Assembly: GCA_964016885.1 (NCBI GenBank)
Contig: OZ024746.1
Location: forward strand, 43,524,001-43,588,000
DNA: 64,000 bases
Source: Eledone cirrhosa
Lineage: Eukaryota
Direction: 5' to 3'
Position 1 is the first letter of the stretch, and each line of letters begins with the position of its first letter. The notes beneath the pieces are model-generated. The model saw only the letters and a list, made by a program, of their open reading frames with translations, ran no database searches and was not told the DNA's origin. A program made the position numbers and the translations under genes. This document shows positions 1 through 11,368 of the stretch, piece by piece.

Positions 1-340
1 CACCAACATCAGTGTTACACCACCAGCAGCACCAACATCATTAACACCACCATCACCACTGTTACATCACCGCCAGTACCACCAACATCAGTGTTACACC
101 ACCAACATCAGTGTTACACCACCATGACCACTGTTACATCACCGCCAGCACCACCAACATCAGTGTTACACCACCAGCAGCACCAATATCAGTGTTACAC
201 CACCATCACCACTGTTACATCACTAGTGTTATACTGCCCGCACCACCAACATTAGTGTTATACTGCCAGCAACACCAACATTAGTGTTACACCACCATCA
301 CCACTGTTACATCACTAACATCAGTGTTACACCACCAACA
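1..340. repeat. Minisatellite built on CACCAACATCAGTGTTACAC variants
   Basis: Repeated caccaacatcagtgttacac / caccactgttacatc units from the window start. Confidence 0.85.
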
Positions 341-1279
341 ATAGCTGGGGAGAAGAGTGCTGAGACAGTACAACATGGTACTTTCTTTATCGACTCCCAC
401 TCGAAGGAAGAAAAGCAAAGTCGCATTGGGAACACTATACTATCACACATACATACCGTACATAGATGACATAAATAAGTGTGATGTACAAACAAAATAT
501 GTGAAGATTGTTATTATATTCTAAATACATCCGGGATAGTTTTGTCCCCCCCCCCCCCCAACATTCTGGATATTTCTCTCCACCAATCATAGTCCTTTGT
601 ATATTCCGGGAGCAGAAAGACAAAAAGCTTCACTGTACGATATCCTGTGTTGTTCTCTCTTTCTTTTGACCAACTAACAATGACAAATCCTGTGAGAACC
701 TTCGTCTTCTCGGCTTCAGGAAAACTACCCAGCCGGATTTTATTCTGTGTTATGTCCGCGTGTGTTGTGTGTTGTGTAAGTGTGTATGTGATTGTGTGTG
801 TGTGTGTGAAAAAATGCTTCCGGAGGAATAGCTAATGCTACCGTTTAAATTGCAAAATACGGCGACAGCTTATATTTATAATATATATTGTGCTTTCGTC
901 TTTACAATTGAATGAAACCCCGAGTAGCGAATATATGTTACATCAAATACCAGGAGCGCAAGCATGCGCATTGCCAAACATCAAAATGTTACCACACCCA
1001 CCATCAACACATTGGCTACACACATCTAAATGTTGGTGCTGTACACATCAACACTTTGATTACACACATCTAAATGCTGGTGCTGTAGACATTCAAAATA
1101 TTGTTGTACACATCAACGTGTTACCACACACATCAAAATGTCGCCACCCCAGAATCTTTGAATTTAACCCTTTCGTTACCACATTTTTAATGAGATATAC
1201 TTCCTATGGCTTTCAAACCGTTTGGGAAATAATCAAGAATTTGGAGGGATTTAGTAATGACTTTCTCATGACGTTAGAT

Positions 1280-2210
1280 CAGTGGTTCCCAACCTTTTTG
1301 GTACCATGCCCGACCTCAACACCTAAAAAAATTGTTATGTCCCTCTTTGACATGAAACAGCAGTAATCAACTGTAAAGTGGAAACAAATTGGTGTAAAGT
1401 GGTGCCAAATGCACAATAACATTAGGAAGAGGTGGTGAGACAGGAGTTTCTGACAGTAAGGTGTACCATATAGGTGGTGCCAAATGCACAATAACATCTG
1501 GAAGAGGAGGTGAGACAGGAGTTTCTGACAGTAATGTGTACCATATAGATGGTGCCAGATACACAATAACATTAGGAAGAGGTGGTGAGACAGGAGTTTC
1601 TGACAGTAATGTGTACTATATAGGTGGTGCCAGATGCACAATAACATCTGGAAGAGGAGGTGAGACAGGAGTTTCTGACAGTAATGTGTACCATATAGAT
1701 GGTGCCAGATACACAATAACATTAGGAAGAGGTGGTGAGACAGGAGTTTCTGACAGTAATGTGTACTATATAGGTGGTGCCAAATGCACAATAACATCTG
1801 GAAGAGGAGGTGAGACAGGAGTTTCTGACAGTAATGTGTACCATATAGATGGTGCCAGATACACAATAACATCAGGAAGAGGTGGTGAGACAGGAGTTTC
1901 TGACAGTAATGTGTACCATATAGGTGGTGCCAGATACACAATAACATCAGGAAGAGGTGGTGAGACAGGAGTTTCTGATAGTAATGTGTACTATATAGGT
2001 GGTGCTAGATTAACAATAACATCAGGAAGAGGTGGTGAGACAGGAGTTTCTGACAGTAATGTGTACCAAACGTACCTTGGAGTAAAAGTAATAAAGTAAA
2101 ACTTGAGGTTTGTTCTCATTAATATCATTTTCAAATGGCCCCCTTAAATATTCGAATCGCCCCCCCCCCCCCCCCTCTGTGGGGCATGCGCTCCCCGTTG
2201 GGGTACACTG
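1280..2210. mobile_element. hAT (Charlie-like) non-autonomous DNA transposon with internal minisatellite
   Basis: TIRs cagtggttcccaac / gttggggtacactg (11/14 match); 8-bp TSD cgttagat (1272-1279) / cgttagag (2211-2218). Confidence 0.7.
1401..2067. repeat. 75-bp minisatellite, about 9 copies, partly 150-bp higher-order alternation
   Basis: Unit ggtgccagatacacaataacatcaggaagaggtggtgagacaggagtttctgacagtaatgtgtaccatataggt; explains ORFs 1279..1947 and 1461..2099. Confidence 0.95.
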
Positions 2211-2385
2211 CGTTAGAGCGTCAGACATAATGCATTGCGGTATTTCTTTCAGCAGTTTAAGTTCTGATCTCAACTCCCGCCGCGGTCAACTTCAGCTTTC
2301 TTCCTTCCGAAGTCGATAAAATAAAGTACCAGTAAAGTATTGGAGATTGATTCAATCGACTTCCCCCTCACCCACCAACCAAATC
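2211..2385 (+). mobile_element. SINE fragment, interrupted near its 5' end by the hAT element
   Basis: gtcgataaaataaagtaccagt core, also present at 6830-7020. Confidence 0.6.
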
Positions 2386-3378
2386 GTTATCAAGCTGGTA
2401 TTTGGAACACAACAAGGGTCCTTATATAGAATTATTAGGAGTGGTTTATGGTTAAATAAACAGCTTAATAACATAGAAACAGGGCCGGTTTCAAGCAGTT
2501 TGATATCAAAAGGGTTAAACAAATATATTTTCCTCAAAGCATCAAAAGATCCGCTCAGTGGTTAGGAAAACTTTCAGGAAGTGTTGGATATAAAGCAAGC
2601 CATTTTCTGCTTCCAAACACTAAGAGGGTCGGCTAAAACGTTCATAGGCTGACTATGAAGGAGTGATGCTAGAGCTGTGAAATCTTGCATGCATTAATTT
2701 CAACTCTTCTTATTAATAACTGCAATATTTCTTTCCAGGGACTGTTGAAAAATAAACCCCATTTGGTCATTCCATGAGAGTATCTTGGTAAGCCTGTGAA
2801 CTTTTCAAGCTGACCATCGCACGATACTGCATACACACCCCCAGAACAAAGAGGTGTGCTGTGTGCCATGAAAAACTCACATGAAACCAAAACACACACA
2901 CACAGGCGCGCGCGCGCGCACATACATACACATACATACTTACATACACAAACACATAAAAACAATCATACAAACGTAAACAAACAAACGAACGAACAAT
3001 TGTTATGACATCAATATGACGTAAGAGGAAAGCTGAAATTGACTGAAGCAGACGATACGTCTGACTCCTTCCCTGCAAGTGTCTAACGTGGCCAGTTGAT
3101 CACGTGACCAGCGTTGATTACATGAATGTCTCCAACTACCGACCTTATTTATCCCAAACACTGTTACCTCAAACAGTTTCTGTATGTCTGTTTATGCATA
3201 ATGATGTATGTGTGTGTATATATATATATATATATAGTCGGAAAAAATGAAACGAAATTTCATTTCCCACTCTTAGTACGGCTGTTACTTAAATATAAGT
3301 ATGTACACGTACATACATATATGTATACAGACGTACAGTAGTATGTATATATATATACATACATGCACACATATATAT

Positions 3379-5845
3379 ACCAGATAGAAAAATGCGTACA
3401 GCAAAAGAAAGTAATATTGTTGGAATATAAACCTTTAAAAATACAGGACAAGAAACTAAAATAAAACTTTAAAAGAATAGGACAAGAAACTAAGATAAAA
3501 CTTTAAAAGAATAGGACAAGAAACTAAGATAAAACTTTAAAAGAATAGGACAAGAAACTAAGATAAAACTTTAAAAGAATAGGACAAGAAACTAAGATAA
3601 AACTTTAAAAGAATAGGACAAGAAACTAAGATAAAACTTTAAAAGAACAGGACAAGAAACTAAGATAAAACTTTAAAGAATTGGACAAAAAATAAAAAAT
3701 TTTACAATAATATTAGTGGCAAAATTTTTATTGGTAAAAAATCGAGTTCCACGTTCATAGGCTCTGGGTTCCACATTCAGAGGTCGTCGTCAGACCGGGG
3801 GATCATTTGATCCTGGTTTTAACACCAATTGGGCCATAACCATACCCCTATTTCATCATTCGGCGACACGCCTCATGTGTCATGCATAATGTGAATGGAC
3901 CCATGGACGGTCTTGTCGTCCCGCTCATCCTTGATCTTGACCAACCCGTCCATCTTCTCCTTGCATCTTGTCCTTGAGTTCAAGTCCGACAGTCCAGATG
4001 AATGCGTGCCACAGCTTTCTGGTACAGGAAGGGGGAGCAGGAGGACTGGAGGGATGACGGGACAGAGGGAGGACCGGTGGTTGAGGGAGGTGCCGTAGTC
4101 GGTGGTCAGAGTCGACATCTTGTCCCGGTCGTCTTCTCCATCTTCGTCTGGTGTTGCGGGACCAGAAGTGCATTCTTGGAGGAGACCTGCAGCTGCATCG
4201 GCCAATTCTTCTTGCAATGGTCATTCTGACGGAGCAGAACTGCTCAGCCAACCAACCCCAACCAGAACCAACCGCTCAGGGGCAACGCACAATGAGAGCA
4301 TGACAATTATTATGCACTAATCAAGAAGATACTGGGGCATAGCACAGGAAACGAATAAAAAAATTTTGCCACTAATATTATTGTAAAATTTTTTATTTCT
4401 TGTCCAATTCTTTAAAGTTTTATCTTAGTTTCTTGTCCTATTCTTTTAAAGTTTTATCTTAGTTTCTTGTCCTATTCTTTTAAAGTTTTATTTTAGTTTC
4501 TTGTCCTGTATTTTTAAAGGTTTATATTCCAACAATATTACTTTTTTTTTGCTGTACGCATTTTTCTATCTGGTCTACTATTTTTTAAGGCAATGCAAGC
4601 AACAACTATCTAGTAATTAAATGATCATAGTGAATTACTGACAAGTGATTGACATTTTAAAGTTCTTTTGAGTATAATTGCAATCTAGTTGAGGCAACTG
4701 GCTTAATGACAAAGCTAGTAAATCATGAATGCATTTGAGATGATTAGTGCATAATAGTGAATTGGTGAAACTTGTGCATTTCAATGGTGTTACAACAATA
4801 GATGTAAGTTCTATAGTAGTAATACTTTATCATTTTAACTTTTTAGAATGGACAAAAACCCATGCAAAGAAATGACTTTGACTGCAGTGATACTCTCCAA
4901 TTTACTTACAAAGCAAAACGTGGTCAAATACCTTATCATCTCTGATAAAATGCCCATTGAATCACTGAAAATCGGATGCATGGAATTCCTCATACAATGC
5001 ACCTATGAATCGGAAGCCATCACATATATCAATGGATATAGGGAGTTGTTCACACTGGAAGACCATCACTTCATTTGTGACTTCATCAGTTATCTCCACG
5101 ATTATCTCAGACACCCAATGCCATTGATGAGAGGTGATCCAATGTGTGAGCATGTAACTAATCTTATAGAAGTTGCTATCGACCACCTGGCTTTTAGTGA
5201 CATTTGACTGATTTGACTGATAATGATGTATTTTTAAAAAGTATGTGTACATTCTTGTTACTATTTTAAGGCAATGCAAGCAACAACTATTTAATAAAAT
5301 TTAAATTTAAAAATGACCATTGTGCATTACTAGTATGATGACATTTTATTAAGTCACAAAATTAGTCAGTCAGCCATAGAACAAGGATCAGGTGGCAAAA
5401 ACATTGGCAAAAATTTGTGTCAATTTAAGATTTCCAACATTGTTCAAATGAATCATATCTGGTTTGAAGTCAGATTTGTCAAATTTTGACCAATTTTCAA
5501 TGTTGTGAAGATTGGGCAAGTTCAATTTTTGAATCATTTCTTTCATGCAGTAATTAAACTTTTCCAAACGTCGTCATTTCTGGATTACCTCCCCTAGCGT
5601 CACGCTTACTACTCACTCACTTGAACACAAGATTTATCAGAAAACTTTGATTATAAACTTTTTCCCGCTGGACCAAATTTCTAGATTTTTAAGCCAAAAG
5701 ATGCGTAATGATCTACTGTTCATGCTCATATAAGTTTTATCTCAGTTAAATAAAGTAGAGCCGCGCTGTACTGTCGTAAACAGACGATTGCCAACGAAAA
5801 CACGACCACAACAATATTACTAAACGGACTACCGTCCGTTTAGGA
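3379..5845. mobile_element. Unclassified 2.5-kb insertion with internal inverted repeat and cargo ORF
   Basis: Absent from the paralogous site at ~58930; arms 3380-3732 and 4355-4573 contain 7 vs 3 copies of a 34-bp unit; terminal hairpin ctaaacggac-tacc-gtccgtttag at 5820-5843. Confidence 0.7.
4848..5207 (+). CDS. 119-aa ORF with BACK-domain-like helix (BTB-BACK/SPOP-like), possibly a captured exon
   Basis: ILSNLLTKQNVVKYLIISDKMPIESLKIGCMEFL resembles the BACK start pattern seen in SPOP/kelch proteins; preceded by acceptor-like ttttaactttttag. Confidence 0.4.
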   Translation: MDKNPCKEMTLTAVILSNLLTKQNVVKYLIISDKMPIESLKIGCMEFLIQCTYESEAITYINGYRELFTLEDHHFICDFISYLHDYLRHPMPLMRGDPMCEHVTNLIEVAIDHLAFSDI

Positions 5846-5967
5846 TGTACGTATGGATTCACCGAACATTTATTATAATGCTCGGTGTGTTTGTAAACAA
5901 ACATCCCGTATTAAGCCGTAGTGTCCAGTAACCATCGTTGCACGTTTGTTCAACACTGACAAAGGAA

Positions 5968-6008
5968 CGCTGTACTAGTTTCAAGCTTATTAGCTATCGT
6001 CAGCAACG
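5968..6008 (-). ncRNA. Minimal type I hammerhead ribozyme (family A)
   Basis: cgttg-CTGACGA-t agc taataa gct t-GAAAC-ta-GTA-cagcg. Confidence 0.75.
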
Positions 6009-6349
6009 TATACCTTCTTGCCAGATTGTTGAACGTATATACTTACCTTATGCATATTAACGGCTGAGTAGCCCAATTTGCATATCGAATGGGTTAATCG
6101 GCCGGGTGCACCGAAAACGATAAACGGAAAAAATGAAACGAAATTTCATTTCCCACTCTTAGTACGGCTGTTACTTAAATATAGGTATGTACACGTACAT
6201 ACATATATGTATACAGACGTTTCATTTTTTCCGTTTATAGTTTTCGGTGAACCCGGCCGATTAACCCACTCGATATGCAAATTGGGCTACTCAGCCGTTA
6301 ATATGCATAAGGTAAGTATATACGTTCAACAATCTGGCAAGAAGGTATA

Positions 6350-6390
6350 CGTTGCTGACGATAGCTAATAAGCTTGAAACTAGTACAGCG
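6350..6390 (+). ncRNA. Minimal type I hammerhead ribozyme (family A)
   Basis: Same motif in the inverted arm; palindromic stem III actagt. Confidence 0.75.
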
Positions 6391-6597
6391 TTCCTTTGTC
6401 AGTGTTGAACAAACGAGCAACGATGTTTGCTGGACACTACGGCTTAATACGGGATGTTTGTTTACAAACACACCGAGCATTATAATAAATGTTCGGTGAA
6501 TCCATACGTACATATATATGTGTGCATGTATGTATATATATATATACATACTACACTACGTCTGTATACATATATGTATGTACGTGTACATACTTAT

Positions 6598-6689
6598 ATA
6601 TATAGTAATAATAATGAATTTGAAGACTAAAATCCATAAGGGTGAAAGCAGCGATTCTTTGCTTAAGCTTTAATCTGTTATTTTAATAA

Positions 6690-6693
<4 letters not shown>
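6598..6693. mobile_element. Tiny inverted-plus-direct fragment of the 3' end of Naiad family C
   Basis: 6598-6637 is the reverse complement of ~19450-19485; 6638-6693 matches ~19339-19395. Confidence 0.75.
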
Positions 6694-6748
<55 letters not shown>

Positions 6749-6829
6749 CACACGCACACATATATATAGTTAAAATTATAAGATATATATATATATATAT
6801 ATATTATAATAATAATGGTTTCTTATATA

Positions 6830-7020
6830 GGCACAAGGCCAGCAATTTTGGGGGAGGGGAAAGTCGATTAAATCGATCCCATTGCGTGACTGGTACTTTA
6901 TTATATCGACCCCGTAAGGATGAAAGGCAAAGTTAATCTCGGCGGGATTAACTTTGCCTTTCATCCTTACAGAGTCGATAAAATAAAGTACCAGTAATAC
7001 AAAATTGCTGGCCTTGTGCC
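6830..7020. mobile_element. Head-to-head palindromic pair of SINE fragments
   Basis: ggcacaaggccagcaatttt...aaaattgctggccttgtgcc and aaggatgaaaggcaaagttaat / attaactttgcctttcatcctt arms. Confidence 0.7.
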
Positions 7021-7027
7021 AATAATA

Positions 7028-7255
7028 CAAGCACGATTTGTTAAGCTTTCATTACCTTTATTGATTGGTGACGCGCGTTTCGCTATTGTTCAACTCAAAG
7101 TAATGACAGATTCTATCATTACAACAGCAGAGGTCCGACAAACTTTTGATTCTAGAGTCGTGCCAGATCGATACAAATCGAACCTTGAGCTGACCAATAA
7201 CGAAACGCGCGTCATCAATCAATAAACGTAATGAAGGCTTAACATATCGTCCCTG
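7028..7255. mobile_element. Tc1/mariner-type MITE with ~70-bp TIRs
   Basis: Imperfect long TIRs flanked by TA on both sides. Confidence 0.6.
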
Positions 7256-7353
7256 TATTATATTTACGCTCTGTTTAGCTCTACACCTCGCTAAAGAGGT
7301 CGATCTTAACGTCGACTGCTCACCTGAGTGAACCTGTTACACTCCCTGGATGG

Positions 7354-7428
<75 letters not shown>

Positions 7429-7759
7429 CATATATATCCTTTATAATTTGAATTATTGATTCTCTGGGAAAACGTCCATTAAGCTTTTCTACTGAGAAAC
7501 ATAATTATCATATATATTATATATGTTATGATGCCTTTATTTGGTATGACCCCGGGTGGACCAGCAGTACCATTGGTAGGGGTCGAAACTACGAAAATTC
7601 ACGTCAACAGCCGATGACCTTGGAGTTCTGTGTCTATCGCTTCATTTTTATTTAAAAAAAGTATTTTTTTAAGGTTCATACATTATTTTACGTTTTCAGT
7701 TGTTTTAGCCAGTAGACTAAGGTCACATATGTATAGCGAGATGTGCACATATACATACA

Positions 7760-7790
<31 letters not shown>

Positions 7791-7809
7791 TTGTATGTAT
7801 ATGTTCACA

Positions 7810-7855
<46 letters not shown>

Positions 7856-7955
7856 CCTCTCTCTCTCTCTCTGTATATATATATATATAATGATGATTTC
7901 AAACAAATGAAACAATTCTAGACCTGTTGAAGCCATTTCTATATTAAATTTCCGT

Positions 7956-8001
<46 letters not shown>

Positions 8002-8390
8002 AAAAGTTTGTCCTTCATCAGTGATCTTCCAACCATCAAAGGCATTTCATCGCTTTAAAGACCGGTTGGTGCGAGCAACGGCTAAAAAAAGTCGTTGGGA
8101 CACGTAAATAAAGGGGACGCGAGTGTAAACAAACAAAATGGTGAAGCAACAGAATATATATATATAGTAGAAAAAATATATATATACAGTATATAGTAGA
8201 AAGTAAAGAAAATCCTTGTTACAGTAAGAAATATTATAAAATGTAGAATGACTTCTCTAGTGGTTATTATTCTGTTATTCTTTAATGCTGAACATCATTT
8301 CATTAATTCTCAAATACGCATATATATATATATAGAGATATAAACATCTATATATATGTGTGTATATCTATATCTATATACATACATATA

Positions 8391-8421
<31 letters not shown>

Positions 8422-8623
8422 ATGCAAATGTGTATTTGTACATATACTTATATATATATGTATATATATACATGTATATATATATCCATGCATATATACA
8501 TATATACTTACATATATACATATACATACATATATATCCATGCATATATACATATATACTTACATATATACATATACATATATATATATCCATACATATA
8601 TACATATATACTTACATATATAC

Positions 8624-8655
<32 letters not shown>

Positions 8656-8787
8656 CCATGCATATATACATTTATACTTACATATATACATATCCATGCA
8701 TATATACATATATACTTACATATACATACTTATATACATACATATATACATATGCATACATATATACATATACATACATATATACAT

Positions 8788-8830
<43 letters not shown>

Positions 8831-8920
8831 AATAATGGAGCTGCGGCGTTGCAAATGGGATACATATGAAAAAGTGAGTCCTTCATCAGTGACCCTCCAA
8901 CCGTCCCAGGCATTTCATCG

Positions 8921-8998
<78 letters not shown>

Positions 8999-9169
8999 CT
9001 TATACATTTAGATGTAAATACATATATATAAATACGTGAGGTATATGATTTTTAATGCGATGAAATACCCATGATCGTTTGGTAAATCACTGACGAGGGA
9101 CTCATTTTATAACATGTTATCCATGTGCAACCAGCAGTATTCTTCTCACCCATATTTTCATATATATAA

Positions 9170-9406
9170 ATATACATACATACACGCATATGTACACAGA
9201 TACATACATACACACAGATACATACATACACATAGATGCATACATATGCACACAAAGATGCATACATACATACACATACATCCAAACATACATATATACA
9301 TATGCACACAAAGATGCATACATACATACAGACACACATATACACATACATACACACATATGCATACACACTCAGGTAGAACGAGAAAGAAAGCGAGAGA
9401 AAGAGC

Positions 9407-9438
<32 letters not shown>

Positions 9439-9465
9439 TACATAGACAGAGAGAGACAGATAGAC

Positions 9466-9500
<35 letters not shown>

Positions 9501-10075
9501 GACAGAGAGAGAGACAGACAGACAGAGACAGAGAGAGAGACAGACAGACAGAAACAGAGAGAGAGACAGACAGACATACAGAGAGAGAGAGAGAGAGACA
9601 GACAGACATAGACAGAGAGAGACATACAGAGAGAGACAGGCATACATAGACAGAGAGAGACAGACAGAGAGAGACAGGCATACATAGACAGAGAGAGACA
9701 GACATACATACAAAGAGAGAGAGACAGGCATACATAAACAGAGAGAGACAGACAGAGAGAGACAGACAGACATAGACAGAGAGAGAGAGAGAGAGACAGA
9801 CAGAGAGAGACAGACAGACAGACATAGACAGAGAGAGAGACAGACAGACATAGACAGAGAGAGAGAGAGAGAGACAGACAGAGAGAGACAGACAGACATA
9901 CAGAGAGAGACATACAGACAGAGAGAGAGAGAGAGACATAGACAGAGAGAGACAGACAGACAGACATACAGAGAGAGAGACAGACAGACAGACAGACATA
10001 GACAGAGAGAGAGAGAGAGGGGGAGAGAGAGAGAGAGGGAGAGAGAGAAACAGACAGAGAGAGACAGAGATAGAG
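9170..10075. repeat. (CA/TACA)n followed by (GA/GACA)n compound microsatellite
   Basis: Direct reading; long ORFs here are repeat artefacts. Confidence 0.95.
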
Positions 10076-10611
10076 AGTGTGTGGGGTTGGGTGGGGGTGA
10101 GAACAGAAAATATGAAAGCAGGGGTGAGTGGCCGGGGGATAGGGGTGCAACATAGGAAGTTGTAATGATGCAATGCAGGTGTAATACGATCTCCAATATA
10201 TATTTACCCCTACAGGCCTCCACCTGACGACCCCCTCCATTTTCTAATAACATCAGTGACACTACAGTGATATATATGTTACACTCTAGATTGACTTACA
10301 CTGATATGTTGACAGTACAGCTTTCACATCATTGTCAGAGACAAAGACAGACACACACATACATATATATATATATGTTATAGGATATATATATATATCC
10401 TATAACATATACACATATACATACATACATTTATATATATATATATAAATCATATAACATATACAAACATACATTCATGTATATATATATATATATATAT
10501 AAATCATATAACATATACATACATACATTCATATATATATATAAATCATATAACATATACATACATTCATATATATATATATATATATAAATCATATAAC
10601 ATATACATACA

Positions 10612-10650
<39 letters not shown>

Positions 10651-10669
10651 CATATAACATATACATACA

Positions 10670-10704
<35 letters not shown>

Positions 10705-10765
10705 CATATAACATATACATACATTCATATATATATATATAAATAAATCATATAACATACATACA

Positions 10766-10810
<45 letters not shown>

Positions 10811-10829
10811 CATATAACTTATACATACA

Positions 10830-10884
<55 letters not shown>

Positions 10885-10962
10885 TATAACATATACATAC
10901 ATACATTCATACTTATATATATATATATATATCATATAACATATACACATATACATACGTAC

Positions 10963-10993
<31 letters not shown>

Positions 10994-11058
10994 ATATAAC
11001 ATATACACATATACATACATACATTCATACACATACACACACACACACATATATATAC

Positions 11059-11098
<40 letters not shown>

Positions 11099-11222
11099 CA
11101 TACACACACATATATATATATATATAACATATGCATACATACATTCAAGCATATATACGTAGATACATTTATACATACATATATATATATATATACATTG
11201 ACAGAGACAAAGAGACACACAT

Positions 11223-11285
<63 letters not shown>

Positions 11286-11368
11286 TAACATATACATACA
11301 TACATTTATGCATATATACATACGTACATCACATACACACATATATCTCATATAACATATACACACAT

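Larger units (their letters stand above)
1164..2518. mobile_element. piggyBac-like non-autonomous element carrying nested insertions
   Basis: Ends TTAA-CCCTTT (1164) and AAAGGG-TTAA (2518): TTAA target with CCC/GGG termini. Confidence 0.55.
3239..6600. mobile_element. ORF-less ~420-bp HHR repeat (family A, PLE pLTR/retrozyme-like), head-to-head inverted and split by a 2.5-kb insertion
   Basis: 3239-3378 plus 5846-6219 rejoin to match the uninterrupted copy at 58792-59224; inverted copy 6220-6600. Confidence 0.8.

Noticed and set aside
1401-2067. CRISPR-like regular repeat or repeat protein
   Set aside because: No unique spacers; head-to-tail minisatellite inside a MITE in eukaryotic DNA
7184-7220. 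HHR-like CTGACCAataacGAAAcgcgcGTC
   Set aside because: Core mismatch and no helix II; lies in a MITE TIR
7520-7612. Degenerate HHR (gacccc/ggggtc-GAAAC...GTC-aaca)
   Set aside because: CUGANGA box not recognisable; at best a decayed copy
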